Below are positions 46,900 to 55,343 of a stretch of 64,000 nt of DNA, piece by piece (position 1 is the stretch's first letter; each line of letters begins with the position of its first letter). The position numbers and the translations under genes are program-made. The notes under the pieces were generated by a model. That model was not told where the DNA came from, made no database searches, and was given only the letters and a program-made list of their open reading frames with translations. Location: the sequence record PZ452611.1. The stretch is one strand, 5' to 3'. The DNA is from a phage.

Positions 46900-47230
46900 A
46901 GAATTTTGAATGATAATCATTCTCGTTTGCAGAATAACGGGCACCCCCGGTGATTGTCTCCCGGCCCCTACTGCCCCGGCTTGTTATTATAGTAACACAC
47001 AGGACAAAGAAAGCAAGAAGTTTTTGCATAAATTTTTAGACGATAATGATAATCGTTCTCATTTTATGCAGCGCCCATCCCCGGTGGTTGTCTCCCCCGT
47101 CACCGGTGCCTGCCGTCCTTTCGATAGGTATATTGTGCCACCTGGCGGGGCCGCTGTCAACACTTTTCAAAAAATTTTTCTAACCTGATGCGCTAACCGC
47201 TGCAACCTGGCGGGGCCAGCCTGGCAGGAC
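46900..47230. repeat. direct repeats in non-coding region
   Basis: two copies of ~70-bp unit (gataatc(g/a)ttctc(g/a)ttt...cccc(c)ggtg(a/g)ttgtctccc) ~130 bp apart, followed by three acctggcggggcc motifs. Confidence 0.5.
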
Positions 47231-47318
47231 CTAACTGACCAGGTAGGAGAGAATGAAGGCTTATAATCTGGTGGGCCTGTGCTATAGGATAGGTAACAAT
47301 TGAAGAGGAGGTACAAAA

Positions 47319-47501
47319 ATGAAAGGTAATATGATCCCCCTGGAAAATGTAGCGATTAATGACGCTGAGGCTATCGCCCTGGTTGAAAAGGCTATGGCGG
47401 GAGCGTTGGAACATAAAGAAGAGTACGAAAAATGGTGGTTAACCTGGCGGGGGCGGCGGCTGGAGAATTCTGCCCAAAAAATAATTTTAACTAATGGTTG
47501 A
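47319..47501 (+). CDS. hypothetical small protein
   Basis: 60-aa ORF, RBS gaggagg 7 nt upstream; first gene of the early-type cassette region. Confidence 0.45.
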   Translation: MKGNMIPLENVAINDAEAIALVEKAMAGALEHKEEYEKWWLTWRGRRLENSAQKIILTNG

Positions 47502-47527
47502 CAGCTCGGACAGTTCTTGTTATTCTT
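47499..47527 (+). promoter_or_regulatory. sigma70-like promoter
   Basis: TTGACA - 17 nt - TATTCT upstream of the 47581 start. Confidence 0.45.
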
Positions 47528-47580
47528 ATCCTCGCAAGGTGAACAACACCACACTAATTAACAGAGAGGATAAAAAAATC

Positions 47581-47778
47581 ATGAACGCCTACGGAATCAA
47601 AGTACGTCGCAGCACTCGCCAGGTGGTCACCGATCAAATGGTTTGCCAGGTGGACGTAACCATCAACAACGGGCAAGGCCTTTATAAATTTCGTCGCGGT
47701 CATAGCTATACCCTGCAACAGCTTAATCGTTGCGCCCTGACAAAAGGTCAGATCAACCACTGGTTTAATAAAAAATAA
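47581..47778 (+). CDS. hypothetical small basic protein
   Basis: ORF 47494-47778; internal ATG (M30) preceded by agagagg and A-rich spacer, downstream of promoter. Confidence 0.45.
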   Translation: MNAYGIKVRRSTRQVVTDQMVCQVDVTINNGQGLYKFRRGHSYTLQQLNRCALTKGQINHWFNKK

Positions 47779-47782
47779 GTAT

Positions 47783-47811
47783 TGACATATAGTCCGACAC
47801 CAAATACACTA
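47783..47811 (+). promoter_or_regulatory. sigma70-like promoter
   Basis: TTGACA - 17 nt - TACACT. Confidence 0.5.
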
Positions 47812-47842
47812 AAAGCACAAAAGACACTAAGAGGATAAAATC

Positions 47843-48241
47843 ATGAAAACCACTACCTTTAATTTTGATAATGCAGACTTTTCTTTTTCTGATGTCAAGA
47901 ACTGCCGCCGTGATCGTGGATTTTACAAGGCTTATAATCTGGTGGGCCTGGACGATGACAATAATTTGCACGAAGTAGCTGAGATCCGGTATTATGCCGC
48001 CGCCAGTGGGAACACTTACTACTGCGTTTTTTGGATACACGACAACAAGAACAATAAGTACGGCTATACTGGCGGCAAGGCAAGCGGTCACGGTTATGAT
48101 AAAGCTAACGCAGCACTTGAGAGCGCATTAAATGCCATGGGGATCACTGCCGACGGCTGGATCTACGAAGAAGAGTTTTTGTCGGCACTTGCTGACCACC
48201 TAGGCTATAAAAAGCACATTGTAACATGCGCCCACGAATAA
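47843..48241 (+). CDS. hypothetical protein
   Basis: 132-aa ORF, conserved UTR context aagaggataaaatcATG. Confidence 0.5.
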   Translation: MKTTTFNFDNADFSFSDVKNCRRDRGFYKAYNLVGLDDDNNLHEVAEIRYYAAASGNTYYCVFWIHDNKNNKYGYTGGKASGHGYDKANAALESALNAMGITADGWIYEEEFLSALADHLGYKKHIVTCAHE

Positions 48242-48247
48242 AAATCA

Positions 48248-48275
48248 TTGACACGCTGCAAAATTTAAGTAAACT
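48248..48275 (+). promoter_or_regulatory. sigma70-like promoter
   Basis: TTGACA - 16 nt - TAAACT, followed by 5'-UTR hairpin GGCGGG-aatgttt-CCCGCC. Confidence 0.5.
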
Positions 48276-48323
48276 AGACACAAAAGGCGGGAATGTTTCC
48301 CGCCAGCACAAAGGAAAAAGATC

Positions 48324-48728
48324 ATGAATAAGAACGTACGCCGCATCATGAACGAGTTGGCAAACGATGAAAAAATTATTGACATGCATTTGATCAACAT
48401 TTGCCGCCGTTGTGTAACATATAACAACCGCGCCGCAAAAGCGCGTGAGATGAACGCAAAAGGCACCTTAAAGCCATTCCAGGTGGTGGTAAAGGCCATT
48501 AAAGATGTAACTAATACGGCAAACCAGGTACAGGGGAACACCAACGAGAGTACCAATATTGATCCGGCTTACATCATGAAACGGATCCGGACCTGCAAGA
48601 ACAAAGAGCAAGTGTATAATGTCATAGACTGGTTGGATTCTATGGGCGATGTGGTTTACAATAGGTTTTCTGCAGCTATCGAGATCCAGCTTGACAGGTT
48701 GGACGGTAAAGTACTAAAAACTTACTAA
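48324..48728 (+). CDS. hypothetical protein
   Basis: 134-aa ORF. Confidence 0.5.
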   Translation: MNKNVRRIMNELANDEKIIDMHLINICRRCVTYNNRAAKAREMNAKGTLKPFQVVVKAIKDVTNTANQVQGNTNESTNIDPAYIMKRIRTCKNKEQVYNVIDWLDSMGDVVYNRFSAAIEIQLDRLDGKVLKTY

Positions 48729-48808
48729 GTTTATTTTTAGATGGCCTTGACTCCAGGGCCATCGATAAAGTAAACTAATCCCAGTTAAGCGAAAAAGGAG
48801 GCTTGAAG

Positions 48809-48928
48809 ATGAGCACTACACGCCAACACACAAAGGTAACGATTATCGTTTGCATCATTGGTTACATCCTGGCGCAAATGTTGATGGGTAGCGCCAATGA
48901 TTTCGCAAAATTTTTCTTAGACTTTTAA
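48809..48928 (+). CDS. small hydrophobic peptide (39 aa)
   Basis: not in >=60-aa ORF track; ATG preceded by aaaaaggagg; sequence MSTTRQHTKVTIIVCIIGYILAQMLMGSANDFAKFFLDF has one predicted TM helix; coordinates +/-1. Confidence 0.3.
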   Translation: MSTTRQHTKVTIIVCIIGYILAQMLMGSANDFAKFFLDF

Positions 48929-48956
48929 TTGACAAGCTAACTTAAATCAGTATAAT
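48929..48956 (+). promoter_or_regulatory. sigma70 consensus promoter
   Basis: TTGACA - 16 nt - TATAAT. Confidence 0.55.
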
Positions 48957-49008
48957 ACTAAGCACATAAACGGGAAAACTTCCCAGAACACCAAAAGGAG
49001 AAAACATT

Positions 49009-49359
49009 ATGAATACTTCCATCACTATGACCGCCGAAGAAAAAGCCCTGCAGATCGCCGCTCTGAAAAAACAGATTGCAGAACTTGAAGACAAGATCGA
49101 CAATTTTGAAATCGACGAAGACAAATACGACGATAAATATGATGAATGGTTGGACGAGATCTACGGCGAAATTATGATCGGAAACATTTCTTTTCTTCCG
49201 TCGCGTATCCTCAAGGAGCTAGATCCTATCGCTTACCGCTGCGGATTTAGCGACTACATCGACAGCCTGGATATTGAGGACGATGAAGAATACCAGGAAT
49301 TACAGACAGAGCTTGAAGAAGTGAAAGAAGAGCTTGCAGAACTGGAAGAAAACGAGTAA
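49009..49359 (+). CDS. highly acidic coiled-coil protein
   Basis: 116-aa ORF; very high Asp/Glu content (EDDEEYQELQTELEEVKEELAELEENE). Confidence 0.5.
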   Translation: MNTSITMTAEEKALQIAALKKQIAELEDKIDNFEIDEDKYDDKYDEWLDEIYGEIMIGNISFLPSRILKELDPIAYRCGFSDYIDSLDIEDDEEYQELQTELEEVKEELAELEENE

Positions 49360-49448
49360 ATTTATTTTTAGATGGCCTTGACTTCAGGGCCATCAATAAA
49401 GTAAACTTTAGACTGTTAACACTTAACCAATACAGAGGAGTTAAAACC

Positions 49449-49694
49449 ATGGCCGCACTAATTACCAAATATTATGCCCCTACCAACACCAAAAGCGCCC
49501 GTATCATGGTAAAAGGCTTCGGACGTAAAAAGGTGTACACCTGGGATTATTCCCTAGACATGGAAGACAACTACACCAACGCGATGACAGATTTTATTAA
49601 TGAGCTGAACACGCGGATCTTGACAAATTATAAAATTACCGATATTGCCTATATAGGGGAAGGCGGGATCTGTTTTGTCGGTATCGTCAAATAA
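49449..49694 (+). CDS. hypothetical protein
   Basis: 81-aa ORF, RBS agaggag. Confidence 0.5.
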   Translation: MAALITKYYAPTNTKSARIMVKGFGRKKVYTWDYSLDMEDNYTNAMTDFINELNTRILTNYKITDIAYIGEGGICFVGIVK

Positions 49695-49770
49695 ACTGTT
49701 TTTTCGGTGGTCCTGGTAGCAGGGCCATCTATAAAGATAGTTTATCAGCACAATGAAAGGAGAAAGTAAC

Positions 49771-50124
49771 ATGATCAGCGGGGCAAGTTTTATTATTGGC
49801 GCTATTGCTACGGCTTTAATTGTAAACAAGATCCAATCCAAAAACGAAAAAGAGAGCAACGCGCTTACAGAATACCCATTTTGGGTATTCAACGACAATG
49901 AAGACTACATTATCAAGTACAAGGATGAGAAAGGGGACCAGGTAACACCGAGACCGATCCCAGCTTACAAGATGCAAGAAACATTATACCGCTTAAAGGC
50001 TGGCGGCGCAAAAATCGTAGACTTTTGGGGATATGATTGCAAGGATCAGGAGACTATAAAACGTCGTATCCGGGCGATTCAGGCAAATATTGAGATCAGT
50101 AAAGGGGGCGTTTATGAAAATTAA
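49771..50124 (+). CDS. membrane-anchored protein
   Basis: ORF 49753-50124; ATG at 49771 preceded by aaaggagaaagtaac; N-terminal TM helix ISGASFIIGAIATALIV. Confidence 0.5.
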   Translation: MISGASFIIGAIATALIVNKIQSKNEKESNALTEYPFWVFNDNEDYIIKYKDEKGDQVTPRPIPAYKMQETLYRLKAGGAKIVDFWGYDCKDQETIKRRIRAIQANIEISKGGVYEN

Positions 50125-50311
50125 TTTCGAAAAAATTGTAAAGCGCCCCCACGATTCCGAAGAGCTGCCGGAACGCCGCCAGCGTAACAATAAACTGAAT
50201 AAACCGAAAAGGTTCGGGAAGATCTGGAGAAATCACTATGATCGCAAATTACCGGGCCTGCTTTTGGAACGTGAACGACAGGCGGAACGATACCGCCACA
50301 AAGACAAATAG
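50114..50311 (+). CDS. small basic protein
   Basis: ORF 50090-50311; ATG at 50114 preceded by aaaggggg; Arg/Lys-rich. Confidence 0.4.
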   Translation: MKINFEKIVKRPHDSEELPERRQRNNKLNKPKRFGKIWRNHYDRKLPGLLLERERQAERYRHKDK

Positions 50312-50319
50312 CAACCAAC

Positions 50320-50350
50320 GCCCCGCCATTGTGCGGGGCTTTTTATTTCT
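50320..50350 (+). terminator. putative intrinsic terminator
   Basis: GCCCCGC-cattgt-GCGGGGC hairpin followed by TTTTTATTTCT. Confidence 0.6.
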
Positions 50351-50492
50351 ATCCCGCCGATAGCGCCCCTGGTTGGCCCTACAAGCGCCATAAAGGCCCC
50401 TACCTATGCAATCCCCTTTCTTAACCTGAAAACAGCGTCTAGGGCCGTTTTATGGCGTTAAAAATATTATTGACAGTAATTCTATTTAAAGC

Positions 50493-50521
50493 TTGACACC
50501 TTGGGATAGTCCGGATATACT
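50493..50521 (+). promoter_or_regulatory. sigma70-like promoter
   Basis: TTGACA - 17 nt - TATACT; a second TTGACA lies 23 nt upstream. Confidence 0.5.
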
Positions 50522-50556
50522 AACCACATCAAAGCAAGAAGGAAGGAGTAAACGCC

Positions 50557-50817
50557 ATGCGTAAATTAAAAAATTTTGATAAAGTAGATGTTGTCCTGAA
50601 TAATTTTTACTACTGCAATAATAAAGCCGTTTGGTGGCGTGATAGTTCCACCGATAAAGTTAAAGCGCGCTTTCTCCAAGGGCACTGGCAAGGCCGCCCA
50701 GTGATTAAAATCTCGGGGCAATTGGTAGCGTTTAAAAATTGCCGCCGTGTTGATGACGTTGAAGAGATTCTAAACATTTTACGCCACAATAATTTAAAAA
50801 ATAGTGTTGACAAGTAA
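50557..50817 (+). CDS. hypothetical protein
   Basis: 86-aa ORF, RBS aaggaagga. Confidence 0.5.
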   Translation: MRKLKNFDKVDVVLNNFYYCNNKAVWWRDSSTDKVKARFLQGHWQGRPVIKISGQLVAFKNCRRVDDVEEILNILRHNNLKNSVDK

Positions 50818-50834
50818 GTCTCAATAAGTATACT
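50807..50834 (+). promoter_or_regulatory. sigma70-like promoter
   Basis: TTGACA - 16 nt - TATACT followed by hairpin GGCGGG-aaaactt-CCCGCC at ~50845-50863. Confidence 0.5.
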
Positions 50835-50891
50835 TAAACACACAGGCGGGAAAACTTCCCGCCACTAACAAAGAAAATAGGAGAAAATATC

Positions 50892-51515
50892 ATGACCACC
50901 GTTAACATTACCACAGGTTACAATTTAGCTTTCGACGTGCTGACCGACGAACAAAAAGAAAAAGCCGTTGAAATGGTCCGAGAAAGAGAAGAACACAGCG
51001 GGGATAACTTTTTTGCAGAAAGTGTAATTGAAGACTATAAAGAATATGTCTTTCCAGAGTATGGCCTTGAAGATACCAAGGTACATTGGTCCGGCTTTTG
51101 GTGCCAGGGTGACGGCGCGTCAATCAGTGCGGAAAACGTGGATTTAGAAAAATTCTTGCGTAAAGTAAAGGCCCTGACCAAGTTCCGATCAATTCGTCAC
51201 TTGTTCGGCACAATGCACGATGGCGAGCTATCCGCAAGTGTTGAGCGTGATCCATATAGCCGCTATAGTCACGAAAACACTGTAAGCGGGTACATCGATA
51301 CTACATGGCTAGACCTGACCGCCAAACAAGAAAATAAAGTGGAAGATCTGGAAGAGCTGATCACCGAGACGGTACGGGAGCTATCCCGCAAGGTTTACGT
51401 AGACCTGGAGGAGGCCTATCTAGAACAGTTCACTACCGAAAACCTGATCGGCCTTATTGAGGCCAATGATTGGCGGTTTGATGTGGATGAATATGGAGAG
51501 ATGAGTTTTTCATAA
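50892..51515 (+). CDS. hypothetical acidic protein
   Basis: 207-aa ORF; acidic; conserved-looking WSGFWCQGDGAS segment; no family recognised. Confidence 0.5.
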   Translation: MTTVNITTGYNLAFDVLTDEQKEKAVEMVREREEHSGDNFFAESVIEDYKEYVFPEYGLEDTKVHWSGFWCQGDGASISAENVDLEKFLRKVKALTKFRSIRHLFGTMHDGELSASVERDPYSRYSHENTVSGYIDTTWLDLTAKQENKVEDLEELITETVRELSRKVYVDLEEAYLEQFTTENLIGLIEANDWRFDVDEYGEMSFS

Positions 51516-51523
51516 ATAAAGTG

Positions 51524-51551
51524 TTGCAATAATCTAAAAACCTGCTATATT
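51524..51551 (+). promoter_or_regulatory. sigma70-like promoter
   Basis: TTGCAA - 16 nt - TATATT followed by hairpin GGGGCAA-gacgtt-TGCCCC. Confidence 0.45.
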
Positions 51552-51604
51552 AAAACTCAAGGGGCAAGACGTTTGCCCCCACACAAAACAAAGAGGAAAA
51601 CATC

Positions 51605-51985
51605 ATGAAAAACACTACCAAAGCTATTTACACCGTTATGTTTAACCTGGTTACCTTTCGCGAGGATATGAAAGATCTTCCGCGTGAAACAGTGTGCGAC
51701 CATATCGAAAACTATCGCAAACTAATCAAAGAGTTGCCTTTAAAACGTGATCAGTATGCGGCTAACGCCATGCTTAATGCCATGATCAAAAAGATGATCC
51801 AGTGTGATTTAATTCTAGCCTATGATTATGCGGGTGGTCGTTTTGCAGTATACAATCAGCCCGTGCCCGGTATGGGCACCATCGAAGAATTGCACGCGCT
51901 CAATCTAAAACAAGATGTGTGGGATAGTATGCCCCGCGTGGTGGTGTGGGCAGAAAGCGGGAAGATTTACGGCGATAGTTTTTAA
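51605..51985 (+). CDS. hypothetical protein
   Basis: 126-aa ORF with conserved UTR context aaagaggaaaacatcATG. Confidence 0.5.
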   Translation: MKNTTKAIYTVMFNLVTFREDMKDLPRETVCDHIENYRKLIKELPLKRDQYAANAMLNAMIKKMIQCDLILAYDYAGGRFAVYNQPVPGMGTIEELHALNLKQDVWDSMPRVVVWAESGKIYGDSF

Positions 51986-52049
51986 TCAGGTAACAGGCGG
52001 CATATTTGCCGCCTTATTGTTAAACAAAACTGCAAAAGAGGTACATAGA

Positions 52050-52421
52050 ATGGAATTTATTATTTTGGCTGTATTGGTTGCCTTGTTTAACGCCTGGATC
52101 GCTGGCAAGATGGGCAGATCCGCCTTTTTATGGTTTATTATATCTATTTTCCTGGGGGTGGTTGCAACTATTGTATTGGTTATCCTTGCAATTGTTGACA
52201 AGGGGAATAATAGAAAGGGTAAAGTATTTTCAGACCTGTACGACGCTCAAACGTTTGTCAACGCCTATTATAGTGATCTTCCAGTCTCCCTACGCTGCAG
52301 CTTGGCACAACAGGTTTTTGATGAGGCTAAAACCAGAGATCAAGCCCATGAGATATGTTTAACTGAGGCGGATCGCCTATTTGAGAGGAATAGAAAATAT
52401 GTGGGCCAACCGTTTAAATAA
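52050..52421 (+). CDS. membrane protein (two TM helices)
   Basis: ORF 51915-52421; ATG at 52050 preceded by aaaagagg; MEFIILAVLVALFNAWIAG and FLWFIISIFLGVVATIVLVILAIV hydrophobic helices. Confidence 0.5.
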   Translation: MEFIILAVLVALFNAWIAGKMGRSAFLWFIISIFLGVVATIVLVILAIVDKGNNRKGKVFSDLYDAQTFVNAYYSDLPVSLRCSLAQQVFDEAKTRDQAHEICLTEADRLFERNRKYVGQPFK

Positions 52422-52644
52422 TGCCACGTTAATTAATCCCTTTAGTGAAGATTTGAAGCCAGCCGCCTGGCGTGACGGATTCAATAACGAACGCTTTATT
52501 TTCAGGCCTGATCTTGAGGAATTTTATAACAATGGATCGAACAACAGCGGAGATAATTTTTCTTGTGGTGTGTGTCGTGATAGGACTCCTGGGGGCCATT
52601 GTAGATCGCGTCACTACTACCAGAAGGAAAGGGGGAGACGATGA
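52399..52644 (+). CDS. hypothetical protein (frame ambiguous)
   Basis: ORF 52381-52644; ATG at 52399 with gagagg RBS; overlaps alternative-frame 41-aa TM peptide 52532-52657; low-complexity composition. Confidence 0.3.
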   Translation: MWANRLNNATLINPFSEDLKPAAWRDGFNNERFIFRPDLEEFYNNGSNNSGDNFSCGVCRDRTPGGHCRSRHYYQKERGRR

Positions 52645-52900
52645 CAACCAAGGATAAGCCATGCACCGATAAGGTGCGCCGCGTTATGGTATGGCTTGAG
52701 ATTATCGCCCTTGAAATATTGCTAGGCGTAGGGATGTACTTTATCGCTGTAAGTAACTAAGAACGGCCCCCGATCATGGGGGCCTATCTTTTAAAAAAAA
52801 ATTTTCTTCCGGGGTGTTGCAATCCGGTCCGGAATGTGGATAATAACAATCAACGGGGAGCTAATCCCCACCACCACAAAAACCAGAAAGGAGAAACAAA

Positions 52901-53101
52901 ATGAGCAACAATATCCGCGTTATTAACTTCAAAAAAGAAGAAAAAATTGCCGTGCTGATTGACGGTCAAGAAATCTTCAAGGGCGACTATGAAGATCATC
53001 AAACGGCGATTAGTATCACTCGCGTGATTGGTTACCATAATTTCTACCCCCAAGGCGCTGAGGCAGCAGTTAAACGAATCAAAGAGATTGTAGGCCTGTA
53101 A
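52901..53101 (+). CDS. hypothetical protein
   Basis: 66-aa ORF, conserved UTR context gaaaggagaaacaaaATG. Confidence 0.5.
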   Translation: MSNNIRVINFKKEEKIAVLIDGQEIFKGDYEDHQTAISITRVIGYHNFYPQGAEAAVKRIKEIVGL

Positions 53102-53192
53102 AATTTATTTTTAGATGGCCTTGACTTCAGGGCCATCAATAAAGTAAATTTAAACCCTGTTAAAATAATCAGTGCAAAAAGGAGTAATGATC

Positions 53193-53492
53193 ATGTTTAT
53201 ACCCGCCAATAATCTTTATTTCTTTGATGGTCAGATCGTAGACGGTGTGGAAGTGGAGATCACTGGGTGCCCTGGTGGTCAGGCTATGACTTTTCGGAAT
53301 AATGCCTTTGATGATTCTCGTATCGTTATGAGAATGGAAGTTACAAAGCTGGACGACAAGAAAACGCTCATTGACTATTCCGTGAAAGATCATCCAGACT
53401 ACCACATGATCTATGGTGATTTGTGTATTGTTGACCGTGACAAGGTGGGCGGCATTGTGATCGCTATTGTGAACGATGTTTTCTCTGAATAA
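53193..53492 (+). CDS. hypothetical protein
   Basis: ORF 53172-53492; ATG at 53193 8 nt after aaaaggag. Confidence 0.5.
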   Translation: MFIPANNLYFFDGQIVDGVEVEITGCPGGQAMTFRNNAFDDSRIVMRMEVTKLDDKKTLIDYSVKDHPDYHMIYGDLCIVDRDKVGGIVIAIVNDVFSE

Positions 53493-53550
53493 TTCCGGCA
53501 AATGATGCAAAATAAGGCCCCTAGCAGGGCCTGCAGCGATATAATCACAT

Positions 53551-53584
53551 AAAGGCTATGCGGTTGCATGGCCTTTATTATTTT
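53551..53584 (+). terminator. putative intrinsic terminator
   Basis: AAAGGCTATGC-ggtt-GCATGGCCTTT hairpin followed by ATTATTTT. Confidence 0.5.
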
Positions 53585-53716
53585 AGCGTTACAGCGTCCC
53601 CAAGGCGCTTAAAAAATTTTTAAAGAAGTACTTGCATCAAGTCCTACAATATGGATAATAGGACGTGTCAGGGGGGCGGCCCCCAATCATTAACCGGATA
53701 GATAGGAGTTAAAATC

Positions 53717-54001
53717 ATGGCTATTGTCACCGTTGGCGATGTAGTGGAAATGGAAGCAAAATACTTAAAAGCGGGTATGCATATCCTACGGAATGATCAA
53801 GAATTGTTATTAACGATGGTAGACTATAATCCCGGCCAGGATTATCCAAGCATCGACATACTTTTTGAGTATGTTGATGAAGAATTGAAAGAGGATGAGG
53901 CTTATCAGGGTGAATTCTGCAATTTCTTTTGCCCTGATGAGGTTGTAAAAGTTATCTATCAACCTGGCGTACCTTTCCCGCTGCACGCTATCAATAAATA
54001 A
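53717..54001 (+). CDS. hypothetical protein
   Basis: 94-aa ORF, RBS ataggag. Confidence 0.5.
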   Translation: MAIVTVGDVVEMEAKYLKAGMHILRNDQELLLTMVDYNPGQDYPSIDILFEYVDEELKEDEAYQGEFCNFFCPDEVVKVIYQPGVPFPLHAINK

Positions 54002-54055
54002 ACCTGGCGGGGCCGAAAAGGCCCCAATTATGAAAATAAAGAGAGGTAAATCATC

Positions 54056-54289
54056 ATGATGGAACAAATTAAACGCGCTGAGGCTATTAATGGCAATGTG
54101 ATCTATTTTGTCAGCAAAAACGAAAAAGGCGTACCATATGCGGCGGTAATAGTACAACCTGACGGCGATTATTGGTTTACTGTATACGGATCTTATTCTT
54201 TCGGGCGTCCGGTTCATGATAGAATTTTGAAAGTAGCGAATCCGACCGGGAAAAATATCACAGCAGAAAAATTTTTTGAAAATAGTTGA
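54056..54289 (+). CDS. hypothetical protein
   Basis: 77-aa ORF, RBS agagagg. Confidence 0.5.
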   Translation: MMEQIKRAEAINGNVIYFVSKNEKGVPYAAVIVQPDGDYWFTVYGSYSFGRPVHDRILKVANPTGKNITAEKFFENS

Positions 54290-54313
54290 CATGACCATAT
54301 AAGACTGTAATAT
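54286..54313 (+). promoter_or_regulatory. sigma70-like promoter
   Basis: TTGACA - 16 nt - TAATAT followed by hairpin GGGGGGC-aacaa-GCCCC. Confidence 0.45.
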
Positions 54314-54365
54314 ATAAATCAAAGGGGGGCAACAAGCCCCACCAACCACAAAGAGGATAAAAATC

Positions 54366-54545
54366 ATGGCTATTATTGCAAAGACTGAGATCGTAGGCTT
54401 AGATTCTATTCTCCTCGCATATGAGGAAGCTATAGAAATGTATGTGGTTTCCTATGGTGAATATATCCGTGAATATAAATCTATTGATCTGGCTTTTGAA
54501 TGTTATATTCGCCAGGTTAATAAAGCGTACGATGATTATCGTTAA
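54366..54545 (+). CDS. hypothetical small protein (59 aa)
   Basis: not in ORF track (just under 60 aa); conserved UTR context aaagaggataaaaatcATG; coordinates +/-1. Confidence 0.4.
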   Translation: MAIIAKTEIVGLDSILLAYEEAIEMYVVSYGEYIREYKSIDLAFECYIRQVNKAYDDYR

Positions 54546-54635
54546 AATAGCTTGACAACAAACAACCATCTAACAAAGCATAATACATAAGGCGGTGGAA
54601 TGGTCCGCCACCTGGAACAAGAAGAGGAAAACAAG

Positions 54636-54740
54636 ATGAAACAGAAATTAATTGATGCGGTGATCCTGGTTATTGCCCTGGGTATTGGCCTGATTGCAAC
54701 CATGTCTAATATGATCTTGTCTTCCAACGGTATCGGGTGA
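54636..54740 (+). CDS. small hydrophobic peptide (34 aa)
   Basis: ATG preceded by agaagaggaaaacaag; MKQKLIDAVILVIALGIGLIATMSNMILSSNGIG; coordinates approximate. Confidence 0.3.
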   Translation: MKQKLIDAVILVIALGIGLIATMSNMILSSNGIG

Positions 54741-54749
54741 GGTTGGCAA

Positions 54750-54965
54750 ATGATCACTAACAAAACAGGCAAAACAGAATTTTTACGCAACTTACAGATC
54801 GGCAAGCCTGAGATCTGGTATTGCACTAAAACACCACGTGACGAAATGAAAGACTTCACCGCCACGCTGCAACGGGTAAAGATATCCATCACGCAGAAAA
54901 AGGCCTTATTAGTGGTGGAAGGTGAGATCCCCCAAACCGTTGTTATAGTTGAGCGTACAGCATAG
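54750..54965 (+). CDS. hypothetical protein
   Basis: 71-aa ORF. Confidence 0.45.
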   Translation: MITNKTGKTEFLRNLQIGKPEIWYCTKTPRDEMKDFTATLQRVKISITQKKALLVVEGEIPQTVVIVERTA

Positions 54966-55056
54966 TTTAATTTATACCGATACCCGAAAATTAACCAACA
55001 AAGCATAAACAGGCGGTTACCGCCGCCTTAAACGTAGCAGAAAGAGGATAGACACA

Positions 55057-55341
55057 ATGAAAAAGATGATCGCAGTGGTTGCCCTGGTTGTTGGACTTAA
55101 TGCGCCTGTAATGGCTAAAGAGCTGGCAAAAGAGGTTAATCTAACGGATATTCATGCCGTCAATCAAATCGGGGTTACTTATCGCTTATGCCTTGCCGCT
55201 AAAACTTTTAATGACGGTACAACAGAGTACTACGGATTCGAGGGTATCCGGTGCGGTGAGCTTGCTCGCGACCTTAAGGAAGATTCAGACCTGGAGGATC
55301 TGCCCATAACCGTGAACGGGAAAACTTACGTGAACCGTTAA
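55057..55341 (+). CDS. secreted/periplasmic small protein (signal peptide)
   Basis: 94-aa ORF; N-terminal MKKMIAVVALVVGLNAPVMA signal-peptide-like segment; RBS aagagga. Confidence 0.5.
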   Translation: MKKMIAVVALVVGLNAPVMAKELAKEVNLTDIHAVNQIGVTYRLCLAAKTFNDGTTEYYGFEGIRCGELARDLKEDSDLEDLPITVNGKTYVNR

Positions 55342-55343
55342 CC

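Noticed and set aside
52472-52657. ORF 52472-52657 as a 61-aa protein from its first Met
   Set aside because: Only the distal 41 codons (from 52532) look like a TM peptide, and this frame competes with 52399-52644, which has the better RBS context; both remain uncertain.
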